A stretch of 20,000 bases of DNA from an uncultured virus (IMG/VR IMGVR_UViG_2875292628_000003) (taxonomy: Duplodnaviria > Heunggongvirae > Uroviricota > Caudoviricetes): IMG/VR virus record IMGVR_UViG_2875292628_000003; one strand, given 5' to 3'. Positions 1 to 8,082 of the stretch are shown here, one piece after another. The notes under the pieces were generated by a model. That model saw only the letters and a list, made by a program, of their open reading frames with translations, had not been told where the DNA came from and ran no database searches. Positions within the stretch are counted from its first letter, which is position 1. Every line of letters begins with the position of its first letter. The position numbers and the translations under genes are program-made.

Positions 1-268
1 CAGCTACAGAAGCTGTTTTGTCTAGTTCTGGCTCAATAGTAAAACCAAGAACCCAGTCGGCTGAAACACCGTATTTTTGACATAGCACCGAAAGTAATTC
101 TGCATCTGGCATTAACTTACCATTTTCGATTTCACTCATTCGGTTTTTATGTGGTGTACCGAATATCTCTAAAGCTACGTCTTCTTGACGTAATTGAGCC
201 ATATCACGCGCCATTGCAAGTTTTCTTCCAATAAGTACTCGACGTTGCAAATCGCTCTTTTTCGCCAT
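1..268 (-). CDS. XRE-family helix-turn-helix protein (3' end runs off the window)
   Basis: Not in the ORF track. Manual translation from the ATG at 268, directly after the TAA of the upstream ORF: MAKKSDLQRRVLIGRKLAMARDMAQLRQEDVALEIFGTPHKNRMSEIENGKLMPDAELLSVLCQKYGVSADWVLG. This fits the XRE pattern (R..LRQEDVA...SEIENGK..P...GVSADW.LG). Confidence 0.85.
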   Translation of the reverse strand, partial: MAKKSDLQRRVLIGRKLAMARDMAQLRQEDVALEIFGTPHKNRMSEIENGKLMPDAELLSVLCQKYGVSADWVLGFTIEPELDKTASVA

Positions 269-958
269 TTAAATGCTTCTCCCAGCTAACCAATCAAAAT
301 CTACAGTTTTTGACAACCAATCAGTTTCATCAGTAAAAACGCACGAAAGCCAGACACAACCCTCTTCACATGGTTCTGCCAGCTTAATTTGTTCACTTAT
401 GAAAATATTGTCGTCTTTGAATAACAAGCCATCACCTTTGACACTATCAATTAGTAGTTTTGGATAGTTATCAATATCAAATCGTGGATAAGTTTTAGCG
501 CTGTAAGAACGAGTTTTAAGTGGTGGCTGAACAATTAACCGTATTTCACAAAGTTGATCGATAGCTTTTAACTTAAGTGCTCTAAACATAGGTCCATATT
601 GTTTTTGAACCTTGTCCTTATACTTTTTAGCACCTACTGAAAGACTATTTCTTTGCTTTCCGTTCTGATCAATTGTAGCCCGCCAAATCTCGTTAGCGCT
701 TAATCCATAAGGCAATTTGATTGTGATGTATTGCTTACCAAAAATGATAACACCACCTGTACTTCCCCTATACACACTATTTTCACCATCATTTTCTTTT
801 TCTACATGGCACGGGAAAAACACATGTTTATTTGAGCTAGCTTTATGCTTTTTAACTTTGTCATTACCTGATGAAACACTGAAATCCTTAAAGAATTCCT
901 GTCTTTTATTATTGGAGAAAAACTCGCTCCACTGACGGCGGTTACTTTTTTTAATCAT
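269..958 (-). CDS. rusA: RusA-family Holliday junction resolvase with N-terminal extension
   Basis: RusA motif DIDNYPKLLIDSV...KDDNIF (DxDNxxK..D..DD) and LPYGLSANEIWR. GAGG SD lies upstream. The position downstream of phage replication genes is typical. Confidence 0.8.
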   Translation of the reverse strand: MIKKSNRRQWSEFFSNNKRQEFFKDFSVSSGNDKVKKHKASSNKHVFFPCHVEKENDGENSVYRGSTGGVIIFGKQYITIKLPYGLSANEIWRATIDQNGKQRNSLSVGAKKYKDKVQKQYGPMFRALKLKAIDQLCEIRLIVQPPLKTRSYSAKTYPRFDIDNYPKLLIDSVKGDGLLFKDDNIFISEQIKLAEPCEEGCVWLSCVFTDETDWLSKTVDFDWLAGRSI

Positions 959-1490
959 AACGACCTCAAATCAAGCAAGTAAGATTTACATAAACTTGAA
1001 GCTCTTCTTGCATGACATAATCCTTAAAAACACTTAGTTCCAGAATTATTAACCGTTAGATTTATTTAGAAGTACCCTTGTTCCAATTCATTATTTTTGT
1101 TTGTAAAAAAATGCTCTCTTTTATATATGCAAAATATATTGATCCTCAAAAAAACATCGAGCTGGTCCTACTTACCAATGTGTCAGCACTTTTAGGATAG
1201 GGGCCCCTATCATTTCCTTCTTTTTAGTAATTTAATATCCAAACCCTTTTTACGTAGGATTTGCATCACACACCAAAATTTTAAAGGCCACATCTAGTTT
1301 CCCTTTATTATAAAATTATTACCTAGGGGTTGTTTAGAAATCTAAAACTTTTATAACTCTTACTCAGAAATTCTCTTTTTCATCAACCATAAATTACATA
1401 AAATATTATATTTATCCACAACTTAAATAAGCTTGATTCTTTAATTGATAAACTCACTAGAATAATATTTCTTAAAATAATAGGAGTATA

Positions 1491-1519
1491 TTGACAGAAA
1501 AAAGCTAAAATATTACTCT
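1491..1519 (+). promoter_or_regulatory. Candidate sigma70 promoter for the small membrane peptide ORF
   Basis: TTGACA (1491-1496), 17-bp spacer, TACTCT (1514-1519). Confidence 0.5.
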
Positions 1520-1552
1520 CTAAAAGTTTTCTTCATAAAAAAGCATCAAAAA

Positions 1553-1648
1553 ATGAAAACTATCATCGTAGCTTTTGTACTCTCAGCAATTTTGATCATT
1601 CTATCATTTTTATTTTACATGATTATAAAAACCCATTATAAGAAATAA
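1553..1648 (+). CDS. 31-aa single-transmembrane peptide (unannotated small ORF)
   Basis: MKTIIVAFVLSAILIILSFLFYMIIKTHYKK*: an uninterrupted hydrophobic run with a basic C-terminal tail, a promoter upstream and a hairpin downstream. No clear SD. Confidence 0.45.
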   Translation: MKTIIVAFVLSAILIILSFLFYMIIKTHYKK

Positions 1649-1657
1649 CAAAGAATT

Positions 1658-1690
1658 AAAAAAGCTCATTTCCGAACCAGAAATGAGCTT
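1658..1690 (-). terminator. Rho-independent terminator (U-tract on the minus strand)
   Basis: Perfect 11-bp stem AAGCTCATTTC (1662-1672) / GAAATGAGCTT (1680-1690), 7-nt loop, A-run at 1658-1663. Confidence 0.65.
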
Positions 1691-1920
1691 ATGAAATCCA
1701 CATAAACCTGAAATACTAAGTATGGCTACTTAGCAATATTAAATTAAATGAATTTCTTTGAAGAATCAATATTTTTTTTAAAAAAGTATCTAAAAAAATT
1801 TAAAATTATTACAAATATTATAATTATAGCTTTTAGCAAAGTTAATTTCTTTGCTGCTACAAAAAAGTAAAAGTTCAAAAAGAATAAAACTTCTAAAATT
1901 AGTTAACGGGACTAAGAAAA

Positions 1921-2376
1921 CTATTTTTTAAAAGTTGCTTTATAATGTTTGGAATTAAAATAATTTACAATCTCTTCCCCATTATTTTGATTTTTTTCTA
2001 AATTTAAGGTTAAAAAATCTAATTCCGATTCCAAATTTATAAACTCGGGAATATATTCTTTGATAGGAGGGGGTGGCTTAGGGCCCCCTTCAGTAATTTT
2101 TTGAATAAACCCAGCTAACCATAAAATGTATTCTTCTCTTAAATTATAAGAAGGAATCAAACTTACATCAATCTTTACCTTACAATCATTTTTACTTTTA
2201 CTCAGTACTTCATTGAAATCAATAAAATTATATTTCAGCTTATATTCTGTACCCTTAATTTCTTTTCGAATCACCTTCATAAGAATATACATATTTTCTA
2301 AAACATCTTTAGAAAATAGTTTTTCATTTTTCATTTTTTTGTAAATAGTCTCAGCAAGAAAAAGATATTGTGGCAT
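1921..2376 (-). CDS. Hypothetical protein, AT-rich moron-like gene
   Basis: 151-aa ORF with a conserved-looking EYILWLAGFI...GGPKPPPP segment, isolated between two minus-strand terminators. Confidence 0.7.
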   Translation of the reverse strand: MPQYLFLAETIYKKMKNEKLFSKDVLENMYILMKVIRKEIKGTEYKLKYNFIDFNEVLSKSKNDCKVKIDVSLIPSYNLREEYILWLAGFIQKITEGGPKPPPPIKEYIPEFINLESELDFLTLNLEKNQNNGEEIVNYFNSKHYKATFKK

Positions 2377-2511
2377 GTTACAAATTCCATTTCATAATTT
2401 CCTCTTATTCTATAATATAGAATTATTAAATTAATATTACAAGAATTTACTCAAAGTTTTTTATTTTAAATTTTGAAGTAATATCAAAATATTAAGATAG
2501 TAATTCCTAAT

Positions 2512-2545
2512 AAAAAGGTCTATTTCTTTTTTAAGAAATAGACCT
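2512..2545 (-). terminator. Rho-independent terminator ending the leftward replication operon
   Basis: 13-bp stem AGGTCTATTTCTT (2516-2528) / AAGAAATAGACCT (2533-2545), 4-nt loop, A-run at 2512-2516. Confidence 0.65.
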
Positions 2546-2638
2546 AGCGAAAAAAGCGCTCAAACCTAAAAATGGCTGATTTAGTATTAGCTGCCCTTAT
2601 TCAAGTTGGTACTATTAAGTAATTTAGAAAATGCTCAA

Positions 2639-2835
2639 TTAACCTCTCTCTTTAAATTTCTCTGCTTCCATCTAGTCCCTACATCTTATGAAATGGACCC
2701 CATATTGCATTCATATTCTTGAGCTGCTTCTCTTCGTAGTTAAGCCTTTTTCTGATTAGCTTGAACTTGGGTCGGGGTTAGCTTGTTTGGATTGTATTTT
2801 TTTGAGCGTTTTTTGCTGGTTGCTTTAGATTTCAT
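2639..2835 (-). pseudogene. Degenerate phage gene remnant
   Basis: The ATG overlaps the upstream stop (ATGA) and reads MKSKATSKKRSKKYNPNKLTPTQVQANQKKA*LRREAAQEYECNMGSIS*DVG. Protein-like sequence continues through the in-frame stops. The distal end is approximate. Confidence 0.5.
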
Positions 2836-3365
2836 TTGCACCCACCCCCTTTAGCTCTTAACTTTTCAGCAACTAAACGATCAGCTACACGCTTAACTCG
2901 ATTCCAAACAAAGTTGTGATCAATTTCAGAACGACCTTGATAAATACGTTCAAGTTGAAATGCCGTAACTGAATAATCCACTTCTAAGGCCAGTAAATCC
3001 CAATCTTCATTAAAAGCTGTAGCGTAGGGGGTCAATTGGTTTTTCTGTGCCCAAATACGCAATTGGCGAGCATCTGGACCACGCTTTACAACTGGTTTTG
3101 GCTTAGATTTGATTAAACCAGTGGAAAGCGCCCATTCAACACAAGTTTCGCAACGACAACATAAACGCTTGTACATAGGGCCGGTGCCGTGAGGCATATT
3201 GAGATCACGCCCTAAAGACTCAACCTGTCGGATTTTATTACCAGGATGTTTCAGCCATTTCTTAACTGCTTTTTCTAATGCTTTTCGCTCATCAGATTTA
3301 GCTGCTACGTTTGAGTAAGCAACTAATGCGTATTCAGATTTTTTCATATCAATAAATGCGTTCAC
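2832..3365 (-). CDS. Hypothetical phage protein with small Cys/His cluster (HGT...CCRCETC)
   Basis: 177-aa ORF overlapping the DnaC-like gene by 4 bp (GTGA start/stop coupling, GGAGG SD). The HGT-x-Y...CRC..C pattern suggests metal binding. Confidence 0.75.
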   Translation of the reverse strand: MNAFIDMKKSEYALVAYSNVAAKSDERKALEKAVKKWLKHPGNKIRQVESLGRDLNMPHGTGPMYKRLCCRCETCVEWALSTGLIKSKPKPVVKRGPDARQLRIWAQKNQLTPYATAFNEDWDLLALEVDYSVTAFQLERIYQGRSEIDHNFVWNRVKRVADRLVAEKLRAKGGGCK

Positions 3366-4126
3366 TGTGCTTTACCTCCACCTATACGAGCATCATCCCA
3401 ATCACATTCCACAATATCTAAGCCATCATGTTGAAATCTTGACCATAGACGGTCCCCAAGATCTTCGCGGACCTCAGAAAGACTTAGGTTTGAAATCACA
3501 ACTGTTGGCTTCAACTCGTCATAACGAGTGAGTAGAACCTTATGAACACTTTCAAGAAGTTGAGGACGTTTTTCAGCACGGTCATGTAAACCGTATTCAT
3601 CAATAATTAATAAATCTTTTTTTACATAGCGTTTTAGCGCTTCATCTTCACTATCACCACTACGGCGATAGGCACCCGCGATATCTTCAGCTAGATCTGC
3701 AGACGTAATGTAAATAGCTTCCCAGTTCTTAATGATGATATTTTTCAGAATTGATGAACCTAGATGTGTTTTACCCGTACCAGTACGGCCGACAAGAAGT
3801 AAATTTCGAAAAACACCTGAATTGAAATCCATAGTGAACTTTTCACAAGTTTTACGAGCTTTGTCTTGTCCTTTGTGAGTTACTGCATAGTTGCTAAAGC
3901 CGCTATTTACATGTCTTTTAGGGATACCAGCTCGAGCCATTTTCAAATTTAAAATACGATTGTTCTTATCGCTTTCATATTTTTCATTTGACTGCTTCAT
4001 GATTTTTTCAACACAAGACTGACAAACGATTCGACCATGTACATTGATCATTTGTTCTTTGTGGATCTTACAGATCTGGTTTGTATGGGAAATTTTATAT
4101 TCCAATTTTTGAGGCACTGCGTTCAT
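3362..4126 (-). CDS. dnaC: DnaC/IstB-like AAA+ helicase loader
   Basis: N-terminal CKIH...CQSC zinc motif, AGIPKRH, Walker A GRTGTGKTH, Walker B LLIIDEYG, and C-terminal ISNLS...LGDRLWSR. Confidence 0.9.
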   Translation of the reverse strand: MNAVPQKLEYKISHTNQICKIHKEQMINVHGRIVCQSCVEKIMKQSNEKYESDKNNRILNLKMARAGIPKRHVNSGFSNYAVTHKGQDKARKTCEKFTMDFNSGVFRNLLLVGRTGTGKTHLGSSILKNIIIKNWEAIYITSADLAEDIAGAYRRSGDSEDEALKRYVKKDLLIIDEYGLHDRAEKRPQLLESVHKVLLTRYDELKPTVVISNLSLSEVREDLGDRLWSRFQHDGLDIVECDWDDARIGGGKAQ

Positions 4127-5166
4127 ATCAATTCACCCTTCACAGCTGTGTGAGCAACCGGTTCATATTTCTTTGGCGCGCCCCATTGATCATTTACATT
4201 GCGTGGTAACGATTGATGGTTTGACTGTTGACCGGTAGTCATTTCGGGTTTTTCGTTTAGGTACCAAGATGCTTTGAAGGCACCCCAAGGATTTTGTCTT
4301 TTCAAACAATATTCGACGGCTTGCTGCAGTGTGATTCCTGCTTTTTGGGCTTCATTCAAAAGTGCTTCAAAAGCGTTTTCGGTGTTTTGAGCTTTCTTGG
4401 CTTTACGAACTTGTAAGAACTCAGCAGCGTCTTTCTCAGGTACACCATTTTTTTTCAAAGCACTCTTGAAACTAAATTTTGTTTGAGTCGATGAATCAAC
4501 TTCGCCAACGGCGGAGTTGTTATTACCTTCTGGATTCTGATTAAAGGTTTCAGGATTCAGTGAATCAGGATTCAGATTAAAGGATTCAGGATTCAGGGCG
4601 TTTTGGTCTGAGATAGAAACAGTTTTAGAACCGTTATCTAACTGTTCTTGTTTGTTCCCACTACTGTTTGCTTGATTCGATTCGTTATCTTGATAACTGT
4701 TTTCAACAGCAGAACCAGTATTTTGAGGGGCAAACGGTCCTGTTTTATCGTAAAAATGCTTTAAATCAGCTTTATTTAACTGAATTGGTTTTCCAACAAT
4801 TGTTTTGTTTTTCGGGTTACGTTCATAGACAGTGTAGATACCATTACGGTCAGGTAATTCACTGTCTTTCTCTAGCCCGTGCGGGTTTTGATGTTTAACA
4901 AAGTTAACGATATGGATAACATCAATACCATCAGCGTTATATAACTCGATAAAACCGAACTTAGAAATGTTCTCTAACTGTTCTGCAACGTTTATATCGT
5001 CTGCAGGAAATAAAGACATTTTGATTTTCTTAGGTCGATTTTCGAGTCGGCCTTCGCGATCTGCTAAAGTCCAAAGACCAATAAATAGCAATCGTGCTTC
5101 ATAAGGTAATTCAATAATGTCTTCATTCATAAAGAATGAGGGCTTAATATTTCTAGATCTTGCCAT
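4123..5166 (-). CDS. Phage replication initiator / replisome organiser (module 2)
   Basis: N-terminus MARSRNIKPSFF...ARLLFIGLWTLADREGRLE is typical of phage initiators. It has a low-complexity repeat-containing linker and lies directly upstream of the DnaC-like loader. Confidence 0.85.
   Translation of the reverse strand: MARSRNIKPSFFMNEDIIELPYEARLLFIGLWTLADREGRLENRPKKIKMSLFPADDINVAEQLENISKFGFIELYNADGIDVIHIVNFVKHQNPHGLEKDSELPDRNGIYTVYERNPKNKTIVGKPIQLNKADLKHFYDKTGPFAPQNTGSAVENSYQDNESNQANSSGNKQEQLDNGSKTVSISDQNALNPESFNLNPDSLNPETFNQNPEGNNNSAVGEVDSSTQTKFSFKSALKKNGVPEKDAAEFLQVRKAKKAQNTENAFEALLNEAQKAGITLQQAVEYCLKRQNPWGAFKASWYLNEKPEMTTGQQSNHQSLPRNVNDQWGAPKKYEPVAHTAVKGELI
4529..4597. repeat. Cluster of (A)GGATTCAG direct repeats inside initiator 2, candidate origin element
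   Basis: tggattctga-ttaaaggtttc-aggattcag-tgaatc-aggattcag-attaa-aggattc-aggattcag, encoding LNPESFNLNPDSLNPETFNQNPE. Confidence 0.6.
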
Positions 5167-5169
5167 TTC

Positions 5170-5643
5170 TTAAGCTGCCTCATATAAGTGTTCATGTGCA
5201 AAATTTGCACGTACTAAAGCTTCAGAGAATTGAGGAGGTACGGAATTACCTACCATTCTTCCCTGTTCTGTCTTAGTTAATTTGATAGTGTTTCCATGTT
5301 CATCGATCCCATGATCAATGATGTAAGTAGGTTCAAAACCTTGTGCTGTGAATAGTTCTCTTGGCTGAAGCATACGGAAGCCAATATCAACAATTTGGTG
5401 CAGCTCCCCTTTAACATTCAGCAAGTCCTTTGCAAACTGAGTTGCTTTGTAAGTTGCGTATGAGTCCTTTTCCAAGTAGCCGCTTTTAATTAATTCCTGC
5501 ACATAGCATTGGATAGTGTTGTTAGGTGCATCTAACACATGGTCATGCAAATCCTTCATCGTGAAAGGTTGTGTTGCATGTGTAGCGAATAACAAAATGT
5601 CAAAAATGTTTTGGAATGCTTTAACTCGTTTTATTGCTTTCAC
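5170..5643 (-). CDS. Chimeric ORF: winged-HTH phage protein fused to the C-terminal fragment of a C5 DNA cytosine methyltransferase
   Basis: Residues 1-81 look like a small wHTH (FTMKDLHDHVLDAPNNTIQCYVQELIKSGYLEK). Residues 82-157 (IVDIGFRMLQPRELFTAQGF...GNSVPPQFSEALVRAN) match C5-MTase motifs IX and X. Motifs I-VIII, including the catalytic PC, are absent. Confidence 0.75.
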   Translation of the reverse strand: MKAIKRVKAFQNIFDILLFATHATQPFTMKDLHDHVLDAPNNTIQCYVQELIKSGYLEKDSYATYKATQFAKDLLNVKGELHQIVDIGFRMLQPRELFTAQGFEPTYIIDHGIDEHGNTIKLTKTEQGRMVGNSVPPQFSEALVRANFAHEHLYEAA

Positions 5644-7013
5644 GCTGCACCTCTCTCTTCCATAGACTGGTAATACTCAGGGCTTAAGTCAGCGAAAGTT
5701 GCGCGTGACAAGTCTGTAGCTAATCGAACTGTGCCAATTGAGCCGTTACGAGCCTTACCTATGATGATTTCTGCTGTACCTGCTTCTTTAGAATCCTTGT
5801 TGTAGACTTCATCGCGGTAAATAAACATGATGATGTCTGCGTCTTGCTCTAAGTCGCCTGATTCTTTTAGATCTGCATTTACAGGGCGTTTGTTTGGGCG
5901 GTTCTCTAAGTTACGGTTAAGCTGTGCTAGTGCGATCACAGGACAATCAAAGTCACCTGCCATACGCTTAAGCTCATTAGATATTTCACCGATATCTTTG
6001 TCAGAACGACCAAAGTTGTTTTTAGTGAGTGGTGTTACTTTCTGGATGTAATCAACAAAGATTGCGCCAATCTTTCCGTATTTGGCTTGAACCTTCTTAG
6101 CTGATCTGCGGATAGTTGCCACAGTTGCGCGGTTGTTGTCGTCGATCATCAAAGGTGCTTTCTCAAGTACCAGAGCAGCGTTATTCACCTTCTGTGTATC
6201 GTCGCTATTTGGATCAATATGTCCTGTTAATACTTTGCGTAGCTCTACCCCACCAATGCCACTAATTAAACGCTGTGCAATCTGTCTGCCCTTCATTTCG
6301 ATTGAGATAAACAGAACTGGTAAAGACTGGTTAATCATCATGTCTGCTGCAATGTTTTGAGCAAACGTTGTTTTACCCATTGAAGGACGCGCACCAATGA
6401 TGACTAGATCGCCTTTGCTGATTTCACCTAGTTTGTTGTCCAGAGCAGTAAAGCCAGTCTTGATACCGCCCTCATAAGGCATTTGGTTATGAATTGCCAT
6501 GTGGCGATCAAGGAACTCTTTTACAGCTTCTTTTGAAAACTCATGAGCATGTTTAAGCTTTTCCTCACCAGCACCAAAATCTAAGTTTTGAACTAACGAT
6601 TGTGCTTTGTTCACAGCAGATTCAGCAGTGTGAGTTGCCATGTCGTTAGCGATCGAACTAATCAACTTGCTAGTCTCTTGAAGCTTTCTGCGAGTAGAGA
6701 AATCTTTTAGCTTTTTGATGTGTGTTACTAACAAGCTCACATTGCTTGCGCGGTTCATGAGGTTCACAAGAAACTGCTCATCGATTTGGTTTGCTTCAAG
6801 CGGATTAGCTTTAATCAACTCGAATACAGTCACCTCATCAAACGCTTCACCCTTATTCAATTGGCTCTTGATGTGGGCAAAGATGATCTGGTGTTGTGAT
6901 GCATAGAAATCTTGTGCATCGATCTGAGAGATAAACTCATCTGCTGCCTGATCGATTGTCATGAACGTAGACAAGATGCTTTGCTCAACAGGGATAGAAA
7001 ATAATTCAATCAT
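5640..7013 (-). CDS. dnaB: Phage-encoded DnaB-family replicative helicase
   Basis: GIKTGFTALD, Walker A GARPSMGKTT, FVDYIQ, LAQLNRNLENRPNKRP, DLKESGDLEQDADIIMFIYRD, KARNG. Confidence 0.96.
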   Translation of the reverse strand: MIELFSIPVEQSILSTFMTIDQAADEFISQIDAQDFYASQHQIIFAHIKSQLNKGEAFDEVTVFELIKANPLEANQIDEQFLVNLMNRASNVSLLVTHIKKLKDFSTRRKLQETSKLISSIANDMATHTAESAVNKAQSLVQNLDFGAGEEKLKHAHEFSKEAVKEFLDRHMAIHNQMPYEGGIKTGFTALDNKLGEISKGDLVIIGARPSMGKTTFAQNIAADMMINQSLPVLFISIEMKGRQIAQRLISGIGGVELRKVLTGHIDPNSDDTQKVNNAALVLEKAPLMIDDNNRATVATIRRSAKKVQAKYGKIGAIFVDYIQKVTPLTKNNFGRSDKDIGEISNELKRMAGDFDCPVIALAQLNRNLENRPNKRPVNADLKESGDLEQDADIIMFIYRDEVYNKDSKEAGTAEIIIGKARNGSIGTVRLATDLSRATFADLSPEYYQSMEERGAA

Positions 7014-7900
7014 TGGTCCATCCCCTTAAATTTCTTAGCAACACCTTTGAATTGTGTTGCTGGTTGTTCAGGGATAGTTTGTTGCTGCTCAGCAACTGGA
7101 TTTTCTAATTGCTCAAGCTCTGCATTTGTCTCTTGCCAGTTCCAAGCAGCTTTGAAAGATTCCCAACCACGAACAACGATAATTTGGAATACACGCTCAT
7201 TGCTTAGCTTTGCTTCCTGAGCTTGTTTGAAAACAAGTTGTAAAGCACGTTGAGTTACTGGTTTTTTCTTCTTGTTGCGAAGATCAAGATATTCTGTTGC
7301 TGTTTGCTCAGATACTCCGTTTTTCAACAAGAAATCTTTCGCTTTGAATTTTTGTGTTTTTGGTGCTGAATCAGCACAAATAATATCTGTAGTATTCTCT
7401 GTGTATTCTCTGTATGTATTCTCTGTATTAGATGGGCGGACTTGTGCATTCAGTATGGCGGAATTGTGCATACAGTCTGGCGGATTTGTGCATTCAGTAT
7501 GGCTGTTCTGTGCATTCAGTATGGCGGAATTGTGCATACTATTAATATCAATGCTTTCAGAGTATTCGATCAAAGCTTGATATAGGTTTTCACGCTCTAC
7601 ACGGTAGTAAACACGACAAGGCACACCCATCTTTTTCTCAGAGATGAATTTAAGTGATTTAAGTGTTGCTCTGGCCGTATCTTGCTCACGACGAGTAAGA
7701 CCAGTTTCTTGAGTCCACTCATGATGTGTTTTAAAGATCCAACCTTCACTGTCTTTAGTGCGAGAAGTCCAGTAGACCAATTGAGAGAGCATTAATGCCC
7801 CATTGATCCCACATCCTAAAAATACATAGTGCTTGTTGAATGCTATTGGCTGTTCGTTCATAGCTTCAATCAACTTAATAATTGGAATTGATGCACCCAT
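7010..7900 (-). CDS. Phage replication initiator (module 1, O/gp18-like) containing iterons
   Basis: N-terminal wHTH-like region (LLSQLVYW-type ALMLSQLVYWT...WIFKTHHEWTQETGLTRREQDTAR), internal 22-bp repeats, and DnaB directly downstream. The ATG at 7900 (TGATG overlap) is preferred over the TTG at 7903. Confidence 0.85.
   Translation of the reverse strand: MGASIPIIKLIEAMNEQPIAFNKHYVFLGCGINGALMLSQLVYWTSRTKDSEGWIFKTHHEWTQETGLTRREQDTARATLKSLKFISEKKMGVPCRVYYRVERENLYQALIEYSESIDINSMHNSAILNAQNSHTECTNPPDCMHNSAILNAQVRPSNTENTYREYTENTTDIICADSAPKTQKFKAKDFLLKNGVSEQTATEYLDLRNKKKKPVTQRALQLVFKQAQEAKLSNERVFQIIVVRGWESFKAAWNWQETNAELEQLENPVAEQQQTIPEQPATQFKGVAKKFKGMDQ
7443..7540. repeat. Iteron array: about 4.4 tandem 22-bp repeats (putative origin)
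   Basis: TGTGCATTCAGTATGGCGGAAT (7443), TGTGCATACAGTCTGGCGGATT (7465), TGTGCATTCAGTATGGCTGTTC (7487), TGTGCATTCAGTATGGCGGAAT (7509), TGTGCATACT (7531). Adjacent GTATTCTCTGT x3 lies at about 7392-7426. Confidence 0.85.
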
Positions 7901-8058
7901 CAAACACCTCTCAATACAAATGCAGCTAAATCAGCTTTTGCTTTAGCCAATGCCATAGAGTTTTCGAGAGTTCGATTAAGCACATAAGCCTCAACCGCTT
8001 TTTGAAACAAACTAATCTTCCGATTTAGTTCAATGTCTGCTAATATTGAATAGTTCAT
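7900..8058 (-). CDS. 52-aa hypothetical phage protein
   Basis: Below the ORF-track cutoff: MNYSILADIELNRKISLFQKAVEAYVLNRTLENSMALAKAKADLAAFVLRGV*. It has an AAGGA SD, and its stop overlaps the initiator ATG. Confidence 0.75.
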   Translation of the reverse strand: MNYSILADIELNRKISLFQKAVEAYVLNRTLENSMALAKAKADLAAFVLRGV

Positions 8059-8082
8059 TTGGTCCTTCTCCGATTGAACGTG

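Noticed and set aside
966..1013. 15-aa minus-strand ORF MQEELQVYVNLTCLI with AAGGA upstream, ending just before rusA
   Set aside because: It could be a leader peptide or gene remnant, but it is too short to distinguish from chance.
2378..2423. Mini-ORF MKWNL* and ATTCTATA-A-TATAGAAT palindrome upstream of the 151-aa gene
   Set aside because: Both are expected by chance in very AT-rich DNA and have no independent support.
3362..4126. IstB-like ATPase as part of an IS21 element
   Set aside because: There is no IstA transposase or terminal inverted repeat. Its context beside an initiator indicates a helicase loader.
5170..5400. Functional cytosine methyltransferase
   Set aside because: Only motifs IX-X are present. 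The SAM-binding FxGxG and catalytic PC motifs are missing.
7443..7540. 22-bp repeats as a CRISPR array
   Set aside because: The repeats are directly tandem with no unique spacers, lie inside an initiator ORF, and have no cas genes nearby. They fit iterons.
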